Assembly: GCA_963693365.1 (NCBI GenBank)
Contig: CAVNZM010000017.1
Span: forward strand, 2,161,527-2,225,526
DNA: 64,000 nt
Direction of reading: 5' to 3'
DNA from: Amoebidium appalachense
Lineage: Eukaryota; Protista; Ichthyosporea
The position numbers and the translations under genes are program-made. Shown here in pieces: positions 21,020 through 37,009 of the stretch. The notes under the pieces were generated by a model. It ran no database searches, was not told the DNA's origin, and saw only the letters and a program-made list of their open reading frames with translations. The stretch's first letter is position 1. Every line of letters starts with the position of its first letter.

Positions 21020-21100
21020 GCTGACCACCGGGGTGGTGCCCCCCCCCCCCCTCCCTCCCCCTCCGGGGGAGGGGGACCCACCTCTTTGGTGGGGTGGTGG

Positions 21101-21135
<35 letters not shown>

Positions 21136-21449
21136 CGGGGGAGTCTGACGAGACCCTCCGCGCCGGCCGCCGCTGCGCACCCTCTCAATGTTTCTGGGAG
21201 GCTCCCCCCCCCCCCCCCCCCCCCCCCCCTCCTCCCCCCTCTCATCCACCACCATCACCAACATTAAGTCTGAACTAAGTCTTCTTCCCTTCGTTATAAG
21301 CAGTGCTTCGAATTTTAACAAAGTTAGGGAAAATCTATATGCACAACATGTCACTGGGAGTGTGCGTCTGGAACTTTTGTGCCGTGTAGAGGTGGGACCG
21401 TGTGCGTATGTGTCCGTAAGGTGGGTGGGCATTCGGCACTGCTAATCAC

Positions 21450-23368
<1,919 letters not shown>

Positions 23369-23570
23369 TACCCTGATCGCTAGGGGTTCGAAATGTGACG
23401 TCACTCCGCCCAGGCCGTCTTTTTTTCAGAGGGCCGTGCACCGTTCCCGCCAAAAAGTCTCCCGAGATCAAAGCAAATACAACGATTGGCTATCTTGATC
23501 TACCAATCAGCGAGTCCTCGCGAGATTGAGTCTCAACTTGAACGGTTGTACCTTTTTTTTGCACATCATT
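23369..23570. mobile_element. Palindrome-rich ~200-bp non-coding segment truncating the transposase; possible MITE or transposon end
   Basis: It is bounded by TA dinucleotides and contains TGACGTCA, GATTGG...CCAATC, CTCGCGAG and TTGAGTCTCAA dyads. It shares 14 bp with the 12962 hairpin. There is no clear terminal inverted repeat. Confidence 0.3.
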
Positions 23571-24018
23571 TAGCTGCCTACATATTTACGGTGACGTTAG
23601 GTCTATGCTTTGATTCTGAAGACAAAATGATGTCGTAAATGTTTCTGTCGTAGAAAGGATGACGAGACCGGCGCCGCAAGTAATGGCTCACCGTTTGACG
23701 TCATCAGGCTGACGTCAAGCCTTCCAAATGCACAGCCGCTGGCCGGGTTCAGCTTGTCACATTGCCCCCCCCCCCCCCCCCCCCGGCCTGCAGCCATGCC
23801 AGTGACTATGGCAGTCAGATTTTTATCCCCAATTCCTGCACTTTTTCTCCGCATTAATGTTTTTTTTTAATTCAAGCTCAAAGTACGGCAATATACACGT
23901 ATGCTATGATATTATAATGGTAGAAACCCTGCTATCCGCGCATAGTCCGACAGATATGATTAGGATGATGTAAGCAGACGGCTGTAAGCATCGCCATCTC
24001 TTGCTGTCCCCCTAAACA

Positions 24019-24094
24019 CCAATCAGGTGCGCTATTCAGTGTTTAGAGCTATCCAATCAAATGTGGCTCTGATGTTTGTCCGCAGGGTATAAAA
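24019..24094 (+). promoter_or_regulatory. Putative Pol II core promoter: two CCAAT boxes and a TATA box
   Basis: CCAAT at 24019 and 24053 and TATAAAA at 24088-24094, followed by an A/C-rich leader ending in ATCAATCATG at the 24253 start. Confidence 0.55.
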
Positions 24095-24252
24095 TCCCAA
24101 CAAACTTCACTGAAAGGCATCAGAGAGCACATTCTCATCAAGTGCAAAAGTCACAACAAAAGCATCACAAAGACGCACACAACAACGCCTTGGCTAACTT
24201 CACAAAAGACACACACTTATTCATACACCATCGATAATAACAAATATCAATC

Positions 24253-24798
24253 ATGTGTCGTTTCATGGCCGCCCTTTTCAGCGCCGTGCTGTTTGTTTTC
24301 AGCACCTTCGCTGCCATCTACGGCCTCGTTTCCCTTCAGTGGTTCACAGGAAACGGATTCAACATTGGTATTCCCAGTGGGTGCAACTCCACAACAACAG
24401 CCGATTTTGCAGGCAGCAGCTACGCCCTATGCACGTCATTTTCATGGTCAAGCCTCAACGGGGGAGCTGAGAAAGCAATGGCATCCATGCAACTCATTGC
24501 AGCCTTTTTCGGTGCCACCTGCCTGTTGCTTCTCCTCGTGACTCTTCTGTGCTGCTGCTGCTGCCTTGGTCTTTCCGGCCCAATGATTTCCTTCCTCGGT
24601 GGTCTCCAGGGTTCTCTTTTGGCCGCTACATGCTTTACTATGGCTGCCCATTATGACTGGTCTGCACCCGCTGGCACCAACATTGGCCCCGCCTATGTGA
24701 TCAATATTGTGGGGATTTTCGCTGCTTGGCTCGCTGCGTTCTTGGCTGGTGTTCACCATCGCACCAGCGAAACCGTCAAGAACGTTACTTATGCTTAA
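24253..24798 (+). CDS. Intronless four-transmembrane protein, claudin/PMP22/LHFPL superfamily-like (181 aa)
   Basis: Four hydrophobic segments; a first loop with W...G...C...C (WFTGNGFNIGIPSGC...LC); a Cys cluster after TM2; GPAY before TM4. It ends in TAA, with AATAAA at ~25098. Confidence 0.75.
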   Translation: MCRFMAALFSAVLFVFSTFAAIYGLVSLQWFTGNGFNIGIPSGCNSTTTADFAGSSYALCTSFSWSSLNGGAEKAMASMQLIAAFFGATCLLLLLVTLLCCCCCLGLSGPMISFLGGLQGSLLAATCFTMAAHYDWSAPAGTNIGPAYVINIVGIFAAWLAAFLAGVHHRTSETVKNVTYA

Positions 24799-25361
24799 AG
24801 AACCCTTTGTAACTGAAAAGGTAAATCATACTTAGACGCCTTACTATCTATTACCTTTTTTTTTTTATTGTATCCAACACGCATTCATGCTCCCTAGCAA
24901 GTTGTCGTTTTGTTTTTGTGTTTTGTTTCTTTTGCCGATCGAGGCCCATGCTGGCATGGGCTTTAACCCAATAAGCGTGTCAGTGACACAGTGCTACCAA
25001 TTGGGTAACCATTTATAGCTGATGATCCTGTACAGCTCTGTATATTGAGACTAATACTCTTGCATGTTGTAAGAGTAATATTGAGCTCGAGTCTTACGAA
25101 TAAAATGGCAGCAGGCTGCCCAACACATCATTGACATTACTGTTCAAGTTCATGTCCCTCGAGTGTAAAACCAAAAGGTTTAGAATGTATACTTGCATGT
25201 GTAAAACCAAAAGGTTTAGAATGTATGTGTCAAAGTTTTGCAGCTCGCATTTGCATACAACACAGTGACTGCTTCTTTACCGTATCCGTGCAAGACTTGA
25301 AGTGAATTGGTATTACTGAATGTTTGTGTATATATGCCACATTGTTTGTTTTGCGTGTGAC

Positions 25362-25406
<45 letters not shown>

Positions 25407-25437
25407 GTGTATGTACTTATAACTGTGTGTGTCACAA

Positions 25438-25468
<31 letters not shown>

Positions 25469-25842
25469 CCCTTCTTTTTTTTTTTTGGTGTATGTGCTTA
25501 TAATTATGCGTGCCAACCCCCCCCCCCTTTTATCCTCGGCCCCGTGAAATCGCTCGCTTTATGCACAAACACATTGATATGAAAACACAAATCAAAGCGC
25601 ACATCCTCAAACACATTCACACACCCACATTCCATGCACCTTGTCAAGCCTCCAAAACATCCACAAATAAACACCTATACACTTATAATAGCCGCTCCCC
25701 CCTCCTCCCCCACCCCCCACCCTCCACATCATGTGACACGCGCATACACACATTTAACAGGGGCGCGCACACACACATGAACCACGTGTACACACCCACA
25801 CACACATACACACATGCACGCACACATACAGACACACACACG

Positions 25843-25923
<81 letters not shown>

Positions 25924-27167
25924 GCATGCCCCCAGGAACCACAGTGTGTGTGTGCACAACGCTACCCCCACTCCCCTCCCCCCCGTCCACCCCCTCCCTC
26001 CCCCCCCCTCCCCCCTCCCCCCCCCCCCCCCCTCTCTCTCTCTCCCCCCCCCCCTCCTCTCCAACAACCACCACCACCGCTGCCGCCACCGCCGCCACCA
26101 CCGCTACACACCGCCCATTGCCTCTTCGTGCTCGTAATGAAGACGGAGACAGAACGAAAATAGACAAGGGAGGTACATTTTCATCGCCCACACACGCACA
26201 TGCACATGAACACCCCAACCCTGTCTTTCAGTTTTTTGAAAAACAAAATAGTCTGGTATTCGGTATTGTTGCCGCTACTTTGTTCTCCCCTCCCCCCTCC
26301 CCACCCCCCCCCCCAAAAAAAAAAATACACACACGCACACGGGCCCATCCACACACAAGCACGCAAGGTGTAACACACACATACACAAACCGACCCATCT
26401 GCACACATTAGTGCTAAACCGATTCACCCACACACTGCTTGTAAGTATATCCGTCTCATCTCTCTCTGTGTGCAGGCATGTTTCTTCCGCGGTCTTTCAC
26501 CCATGTACACACCCGTGTGACTGCCGGAGCTACTTTGGCTAGTTCACCATGTGCACACATGCTGATACACACACAATTCCACCTGAGTCACGCAGAACCC
26601 CCCCCCCCCCCCCCCCCCCCCCCCCTACATACACACACACACCACCACCACCACCACCACGTACACATACCCATCCACCCACCCACCCACACACACACAC
26701 AGATGACTTATTCCAATTTATTATGAATCCATGCAAATATATGCTTTTTCTTACTTATTTTTTTTTACACACAATGTTGAGGTAAGCTCGCCAACTTTAT
26801 TTTACAACCAGCAAAAAGCGATCAAACGGGCCCACGACCTACAAACACACGCCTCCTCCAACCGGTGTGACAGAGTCTGACGTGCAGGCCAAATCACACA
26901 CAACGAATCCCCCCCCCCCCCCCCCCCCCCCCTTCCCCGTCCAACCCCCCTCTCTTACCCTTTTTCTTGCCCCCTATATGATCATAAACGTTCTATTATG
27001 GCTGAGTTCGCTTACACCGATTCTCCCTTATTGGTATGCGGGCATCTACTCCTCCCACTCAATCATCATCCTTCTCCGCTAAGTCCGCTTGTGTTGACTA
27101 ATTTAAAGTCCCACCGCCTTGACCAGGGCATGCCTGAGGATTGCCATCCTCCCCCCTCCCCCCCCCC

Positions 27168-27198
<31 letters not shown>

Positions 27199-28408
27199 AC
27201 CTGCACACACACCACACTTCAACCCCATCTACCCATCTACCCACCTTCCCCTCCCACCTTCCCCCCCCCCCCCCCCCACCACCACCACCACCACCACCAC
27301 ACACACACACACACATACACACTGACAAAAAAAAACACCTTAAAGGCTTGGTGTGCATACAAGCATTTGTGCTGCATGAACCCTAACAAAAGACAGTTGG
27401 CGTTAACTGAATGAAGACTCTGAGGTGGGGGAGAGGACGAGAGAGCCAATAAAACTGTCCCACTTTATGTGTTCTCTCTGCAGTCACAAAGTGAATGGCT
27501 GCGCTTTCAATAAACTGGGCCTTTGTTATTTCTTGCTAAGATTAAATAATTAGTCGTCTTCCGCTATAATATGCAACTATGATAAATTTAGTGCATGCCT
27601 GTGACAGTATTCTTGCCCTTGGGCGTATTACGGCCCCACAGTGAGTGAGTACACGGATCATCGTGTGTGTCTGTTCGACACTGTGTGTGTGTGTGTGTGT
27701 GTGCACGTGCCAGCTGCAGCCAAGTGTGCATCCGTGTGTATCAGTTGCCTGTGCCTCATGATCACGCTGTTGTGCGCATGTTTACAATGTAAAAAAATAT
27801 TGCATTTTAGCCTGCAGTATCCCGTATCGAACGGTAACTGTATGCCTATAGCTACTTGTCAACAATACATAAATTACTTAAACTTATTCTAGCTGCTAGA
27901 AATACTGGAGAGCGATTTATCAAAGTTTGTCATTCCAGTACTCTTTGTAACTCTCAGCCAAAGTATTGACAACAATGTTATGAAATTTTTGAAATTAATG
28001 TGGCGTACCATAGTGGTTGAATAACTGTAATTCATCCCTTCTCAGGCTAGGGAACATTATAGGTTCCGGAGATGAAAATACTATAGTATAATGGTTAAAG
28101 TATTTAAATAATGCTATTTCGGCTGAATCTCGGGACCTGAAAAATAAAAAATGTATATACTATAATCACTCTCTCCACCCATTTTATCGAAATAAATATT
28201 TAAACAAACACCGGTACCCTCTCCGCCCACTTTAAATTTCATTCTAGCATTCTGCGCCGCCCACTTTAAATTTCATTCTAGCATTCTGCGCCAACCTTAA
28301 CGGATACCCTACGGTCACTACCCTAGTGCAAACAGTTTTTTGGTAGTCGAAGTTGTGTCTGCTGCTTCGCAAGGTTTGGTCCTTGTAATGCAGAAATGCC
28401 CCATTGCT

Positions 28409-30491
<2,083 letters not shown>

Positions 30492-30590
30492 CTGTGGCGT
30501 TAAAAAAGGAATGTCAGTATATCTTTTTATCTATATTAAACCAATCTTTTTATGTATTAACAATATTAACAATATATATAATGCGTTGTT

Positions 30591-31299
30591 TGCCGGACCT
30601 CAAATCCGGAATTTGGAGGGGACCAAAGGCCATTTTGTGAGGCATCAAAAACCATCGAAACGTTGCTTAGTTGTTTTTATGACATCAAAATCGCTAAATA
30701 TTCTTGCGATACTAATGAAAAAGCCTAAAATAACTATATATTTGATAATGAGAAAATTGAAATATAGTGCCGTAAAGTTGGGCCCGAGAGGATGTACGTA
30801 CTCGGGGCTTTGAAATAAAAAGAAAAAAACCAGCGGTTTCGGAGTCTACTGTGAACGCGCTGGGCTGAATGACGGCAGAGATCAGGTGATTCCCGTATCA
30901 AAACGGTTTTCGTTTCTAACCCAGAATGGAACGCACCTTTTTTAGTGCCGGACCTCAAATCCGGAATTTGGAGGGGACCTAAGGCCATTTTGTGAGGCAT
31001 CAAAAACCATCGAAACGTTGCTTAGTTGTTTTTATGACATCAAAATCGCTAAATATTCTTGCGATACTAATGCAAAAGCCTAAAATAACTATATATTTGA
31101 TAATGAGAAAATTGAAATATAGTGCCGTAAAGTTGGGCCCGAGAGGATGTACGTACTCGGGGCTTTGAAATAAAAAGAAAAAAACCAGCGGTTTCGGATT
31201 CACTGTGAACGCGCTGGGCTGAATGACGGCAGAGATCAGGTGATTCCCGTATCAAAACGGTTTGGGTTTCTAACCCAGAATGGAACGCACTTTTTTTAG
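30591..31299. repeat. 355-bp tandem duplication (two near-identical copies) in an intron
   Basis: TGCCGGACCTCAAATCCGGAATTTGGAGGGGACC... starts at 30591 and 30946. Both copies run to CCCAGAATGGAACGCAC with only a few differences. Confidence 0.95.
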
Positions 31300-31460
31300 A
31301 GAAATTCGGCGACATTTGTTTTACAACGTATTATATCATTGGTACAACGACATTTTGAAAAGTTTAATGTAATAGAACTACCAATCCAATCACAAAAACC
31401 TCAAAGGTCCGCTAACACCGGTTTAGGGGGACACGGGGATGAGGATGGTAAATTCTATAT

Positions 31461-31504
<44 letters not shown>

Positions 31505-32000
31505 CGGCCTGTGGCACACACACACACACACACACACAAACAGATGTACATTTTACTGTTTAATAGCAGACAGTTGTTGAAAAAAATAGAGTTAAACACA
31601 CAACTAAATCAACTCAGTAATGTGAATATGACATTTGGGGCGAGTGTAGTATAAGGGTTTGTGACTGATAATGATTATTGTTTTACACTAGAGCTAGGGT
31701 GATTCAAGCTGGGCGGTGGTCGTTGTTTTTTTATTTGTTTTTTTTCCACATTTACACACAAAGTAATATTCGAATAGAATACAAAAACAACTAAGAAGAA
31801 AAAAGCGCATACAACCTTCACTTTGCCCACACACACACATTCACACACACACAAACATGCACACACACACACACACACACACACATAGACGTTGAACACA
31901 ATGAAAGGAAATATATCTAGAAAACACGGGTGCCATGATTGCAGTCACTGAGTATGAAAAGCATAAAATTTTTTTTTGGGGGGGCAGGGAATGCCATGGG

Positions 32001-32047
<47 letters not shown>

Positions 32048-33801
32048 TGCTTTGAAGTAAACTGAGAATAGTATAATTGCAGTACTGACTTGTGAGCATG
32101 GTATATTGACACACACCGTAGAATGATGATTTTATGTTCGGGAACATTTCGGGGGGGTGCCAATTCCAGACTTCACTGAAATATGTTGCCCACCTGGCAC
32201 TCAGTGCACGTGGAAAGTTTTATTGCCTGTCCATGCATATCATCGGGTTACCAAACAGTTCTGTAAAATAAGTAAAACAACAAAATAATAAAAATATTAT
32301 AAAAATTTTGCAAGCAATTTAGAACATATTGCACTTGGTGGTTTTCAGCTACATGTTTTTGGAGGACCACAAGTAAACTTGGTACTTCGGCAATGGCAAT
32401 CTCTCCCGGCCCTAGACTGATACACAGTGTGGCAAGAAAGGGGGGGGGGGGGAGAGGGGGGGGGGGGGGGGGGGGGGGGTAAATGAAAGGGAAAAGGGTC
32501 ATAACATTTGGCAGATCCAGCAACTGCAGGATTTGGGGGGGGGGGGGGGGGGGGGAGGGGCCGGGGGGAGGGAAGCGTGAGGCGGGGGGGGCAGGGGGGG
32601 GGGGGGGGGGAAGCGTGAGGCGAGGGAGGGGGGGGGGGGGGGGGGGGGGGAGGGGAGAGGGAGGTAACAACCACACAACCCAACATCAATAACTGTCTCG
32701 TTATGTTTTGGCGCCGGCGATAGCCGGCGCACAGACCTACTTGTATTCCTTATTATGCGTCATAGCAAAACATTTCCTCGCATGACTAACTAAACCTATA
32801 TTATTATGTGCACGTACCATAATCGCCGATCCGTTTTTTTCTGCGTGTTCGCAACCTTCAAGCATGACACTGTACGAGTGGGTTCTCTAAAATGAATGTG
32901 CCCGGGGAGTAATTTCTTGTGGCTTCTGCTGTTGCTGGCTTACACACTATCTTCAAGTTGATCTATGTGATGTTACCGTTGTCTCTGTGCCTTGGATCCT
33001 AAGCAGTGCATTTCAATTCCTCGAAAGCGCGGAAAAGGTTGTCACAGAAATCATCACAGATCTTAACGAGTGTATTGTAGGTGGGACTTATTGAAGCAAA
33101 CATTTCTGGAAAGATAGTTACATTAGGCATTCCGTTTCTGGGCCATGTGCGTTTGAGTTACCGTAGCCTGTCGTCAAGTGAGCACAAACCCCCACCGCCG
33201 TCGCACAGCAGGGCAAAGCCCCCGTGCCCAGCCATATTAGACGCTTGCGCACGGAGCGTTATAATGCAAACAGAGACTCGGAGCACCGGAAGGCAGGAAA
33301 GCCTCCAACGTTCTGCTTTCTTGCCCTCATAGAGGCACTCCTTTATTTCGCCACTGCAGCATCGTGCCCACTGCGCTCATTTTCATTTCACGGAGCACAC
33401 ATGCGAAGGCTGCCACTCCTGCAGATCCGAGCGCATGCAATGAGAGACGTCGCCACAAATCATCTCATGGGCATGCAAAAATGTCGGCATAAAATCACTC
33501 CAAGGCCAGTTTTTACATAGTAAATCGACTTTATAACGATGTTATCACCTTTAAAAACACGAGCGGCGCTTCTTCTAACACATGTCCCACAAGGTTTTAC
33601 ATGTTTACTAGCTAATGGCCCAGAAATATACTCTGTATATTGTGAGGCGGCGTGGTGACTCGCTGACCGAGGCGAGGGTTGGTGACCAACTCAGGGCCCC
33701 ACCACATTCCAGAAAACTCATTTTAACCCTAAAAGGTTCGCAACCTGCCAAAAAAGGCGCGTAGCGATTGGCTAATTCTGATTGGGGAACATGTGCCATG
33801 A

Positions 33802-34385
33802 TGTTGGAGGTGAGAGAAAACTACCTCCCCAGTCCCCACACGTAGCAGAGTCTGCACTTAACACAAGTAGAGTGTATAGTCGTTGCACACACACACACGC
33901 GGAGGTGATCAGTCTCTATATGGGTGCAATGTACCACCTACTAAGTGTGTACTTAATCGGGCTGCATGCACTATCACCTAAGTATCACACAAGTGTTCAC
34001 AGGGTGCTGGAGAGTCTGTGTAACAATCAGTCATCAATATAACCCCGGGTTTATTATGGATTTGTGGCGGGGTTCATATACTCCGCGGGGGAGCACAACA
34101 CGGTTGTGCTCTCGAGCACAACCAATTGTGCTCTCGGGAAAATACATCGGGTAAAGCACAGAGCTAACCGAGCCCTAGTCCCATCCAGACGGGACGCAGG
34201 CGGTGCGCTCCGAGCCAATCAAACGGCAGTGAGCCATCCAGCTATTACGTAACTGCTCACCACAAGATCGGATTGCGGAGCGCATAATCACCGTACTCGC
34301 TAAATAAGCAGATAGACAACGAACTAACACTAGTAGAATATACTTAGTAATAATAATAGTGATATTGGTGTTGTATATTCCAACA
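33802..34385. mobile_element. Possible solo LTR (copia-like termini)
   Basis: A 584-bp microsatellite-poor segment bounded by the perfect inverted termini TGTTGGA...TCCAACA. It has an internal CCAAT, an AATAAA on the minus strand and a GAGCACAA dyad pair. No target-site duplication is seen. Confidence 0.3.
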
Positions 34386-34410
34386 GGAGGGACCCGGACC
34401 GACCTGTATA

Positions 34411-35072
34411 GGGGTTTATGCACTTTGTATTGCTGCGGACATCGTCAAGGGCCCAGGAGGCCTCACTTGACGGCCTACTGCGTTTTCCAGCGCAGCCAAT
34501 CAAATGCAGCTAGTGACTTCTGTGTGTGCGTACACTGTATGCAATAAAACAACCCTATATAGATTATGGATAAGCAGAAGCTAGCATTGGTAGCTCCGAG
34601 AGAAAGTTAAGACACCGTATCACAATATCATACTGTGCAGCATTAATAAGGTGATCTAACACGGTCATTTTATAACGGATATACTGGGGGAGAGAAGTAG
34701 AAAAGAGAATAAAGCCGCCCAAAACCTCCGGTTCTACCACATACATTAGCTATTAGACAGGTCACACTTATTGATAGATATGCATCCGCGAGTAAACCGC
34801 CCCCCAAACATATTACACATACGAGCAGGAGACACCAAAAACCGATTACAATGCCAAGACATAATAATCATCTTTGCATATTTATACGACAGTCAACATC
34901 ATGAATAAACGAATCTATATAGGAGCGAGATTGTCTAACCGTATCCGCCATATAGGCTACTAGTAGTTGGTGTTTTTGCTGACCTAACACTGGGAGGGAC
35001 TCGACACGTAAAGTAAAAACTTTGTATCCGTACGCGTCAGCCATAGACTTAAAACTATTCATAGTCACGCTA
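34411..35072 (-). mobile_element. 5'-truncated, frameshifted 3' fragment of a non-LTR retrotransposon (same family as 47416-48411)
   Basis: Aligns with 47416-48063 across the ORF2 C-terminus (...LDHLINAAQYDIVIRCLNFLSELPMLASAYP*) and a conserved downstream block (GACGGCCTACTGCGTTTTCCAGC.CAGCCAATCAAATGCAGC). Confidence 0.85.
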
Positions 35073-35228
35073 CTGTATAACAGGCCCTTGCGCAAGTGTG
35101 ATGACGCCATGGACGCCGCCGGAAACTGACCAGGAACTGGGGCTTGGCCCATTTATCTATAATTATTGTAGCAAAAAAAAAAAAAACATTAGTATGTTGG
35201 CAGATTTTCACCCAAGAACTTGATCAAG

Positions 35229-35890
35229 ACCTCTATGAAAAACTACTCCGGGACGTGTGTTGCCTCTAGGGGGACATCCCCTTGGACGAAAGTGAACCTG
35301 CAATGGTTGTAAACCACGGCAAGCCCCCAGTCATCAATTTATTGATCCGTGAGGTCCATGTGCCCAAAAAACGGGGGAAGTCTTCGCCCCGTGAAAAAAC
35401 AGCACGTATGTGTGGATCAATGGGGGTTGTGTGTGGGTGTAGGTGGGTGGGTGAAAAGGAATATATAGCTGTAAGGCTGTGGATGCTAAACACAGAAGAT
35501 GTGTTTGTAGCTTGCTGATCTGCTAAAAACTGTCGTGCTTATATACCTAAGCCTACCGATCTGAGCCAATCAAAAATCGATCTAGTGATATGTGAAATCT
35601 GATCCGAGCCAATCATAACTCGGTCTAGTGATCTGTGGTATCTGATGTTTTGACTGGCTAATAGGTGCCCGTGTGCGGGCAGCCAACCGCTAACTGCTAA
35701 AACACGAAATGAAGCCTACATGGTTATGTTTTTATCGAACACCCATCCTACGTGTTTACCCAGAAAAATATTTATGTCAATAATTTCCACAAATAAAACC
35801 TCTATGAAAAACTACTCCGGGACGTGTGTTGCCTCTAGGGGGACATCCCCTTGGACGAAAGTGAACCTGCAATGGTTGTAAACCACGGCA
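35229..35890 (-). repeat. B1-A2-spacer-B2 terminal repeat block of the Ngaro element
   Basis: B (ACCTCTATGAAAAACTACTCCGGG...AAACCACGGCA) occurs at 35229-35321 and 35798-35890. A2 at 35452-35801 matches 40355-40705. Confidence 0.95.
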
Positions 35891-35918
35891 CGAGAGCAGT
35901 ATGCTTGCTCCAAAGGTT

Positions 35919-36900
35919 TCACTTAAGAATAGAGGCGAATACACGTGTGGTGGTGGCAGCAATGGAGGCCGGACGAAGTCGGGTATAGATCAGGAAGCAG
36001 TCGGAGGACCACCTGCCGAGTTGTTTGATCCGGGAGTCGTCGACCCTGGCCTCAGCCAGTGCTGTGGCCCCCCCGATGCGGAGGCTGTGTCCGGCAAACC
36101 GGGAGGGTGAGAGGCCTCAGGCTGCCCGGGAGAGGAGGGCACGGAAATCGGCAGAGAAAGCACTCTTGGTGTAGGGGATGCCACCGAGACTGAAGAGGGG
36201 GTCGTCGGGTTGACCGGACGTTGTATCCAGGAACTGCCGGAGGAGATGGGCTGGGGAGAAGTGGGTGAGGGGCAGGGCAGCTAGGGTGACGTTGACACCT
36301 CGGGCCTGTACATCCGTCTTAGAGGTTGGCAGGTGGAGGGTGGCATGGGACAAAGTACCGGTGGGGGTGTAGCTGAAGGTCACGTCCTTCCGTTTAACGT
36401 GACGGGACGGGTCGAAAGAAGTCAGGGTCTTGGAGGTAAATTCCCCTGAACGGAGGAGACCACAGAAACCGACGATGAGGGCCGTCCATAGCCGGAGATT
36501 GGCCGAGGAGGCCTTGGTGGGGCACTGGTCATGGAGTAGGCGGAGGTGGGAGGAGAGGAGGGGTTCCCTGGTGGATGAGCGGGGTCGGATGTTGTGAGAA
36601 AGCTGCCATCGGCCCACCCCCCGTAGGAACCAGGCCAGAGACTTGTCGTGGGGGTAGGGAGCAGGGAGGCCCATGTCGAGGTGGAGCCTGGTGATGGCCG
36701 AATTGTAGCCGGTTAAGGAAGAGGCCTGTACCCCTCGTTGGGCACACCAGGCGAGAAAAAGTTGCACGGTGTGTGGGGAGGCCGGGAGGGAGGACCCGGA
36801 GGAGGATTGCAGCCGAGATGCCACACAGAAATCGATGAACACTTTTTGCACCCGGGGAGTAAAAGGCCCGAGAGTCGAGGTTGAGACTCAGGGCCTGGCA
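35919..36900 (-). pseudogene. Tyrosine recombinase of the Ngaro element (frameshifted)
   Basis: GLLRSGEF (catalytic R) and SKTD (K), then after a frameshift near 36117 GHSLRIGG (HxxR) and LGRWSSDCFLIY (W and Y nucleophile). Stop at 35919-35921. The start is approximate. Confidence 0.9.
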
Positions 36901-37009
36901 TTCCTGCAGGGTAGTGGTGGCTCGAAGCTGCTCGGCCGGAGCAAAGTGGGGGGCCAATCTGCCTGTGTTGCTCCGGAACGGGAGATCTGGGGGGGGGGGG
37001 GGGGGGGGG

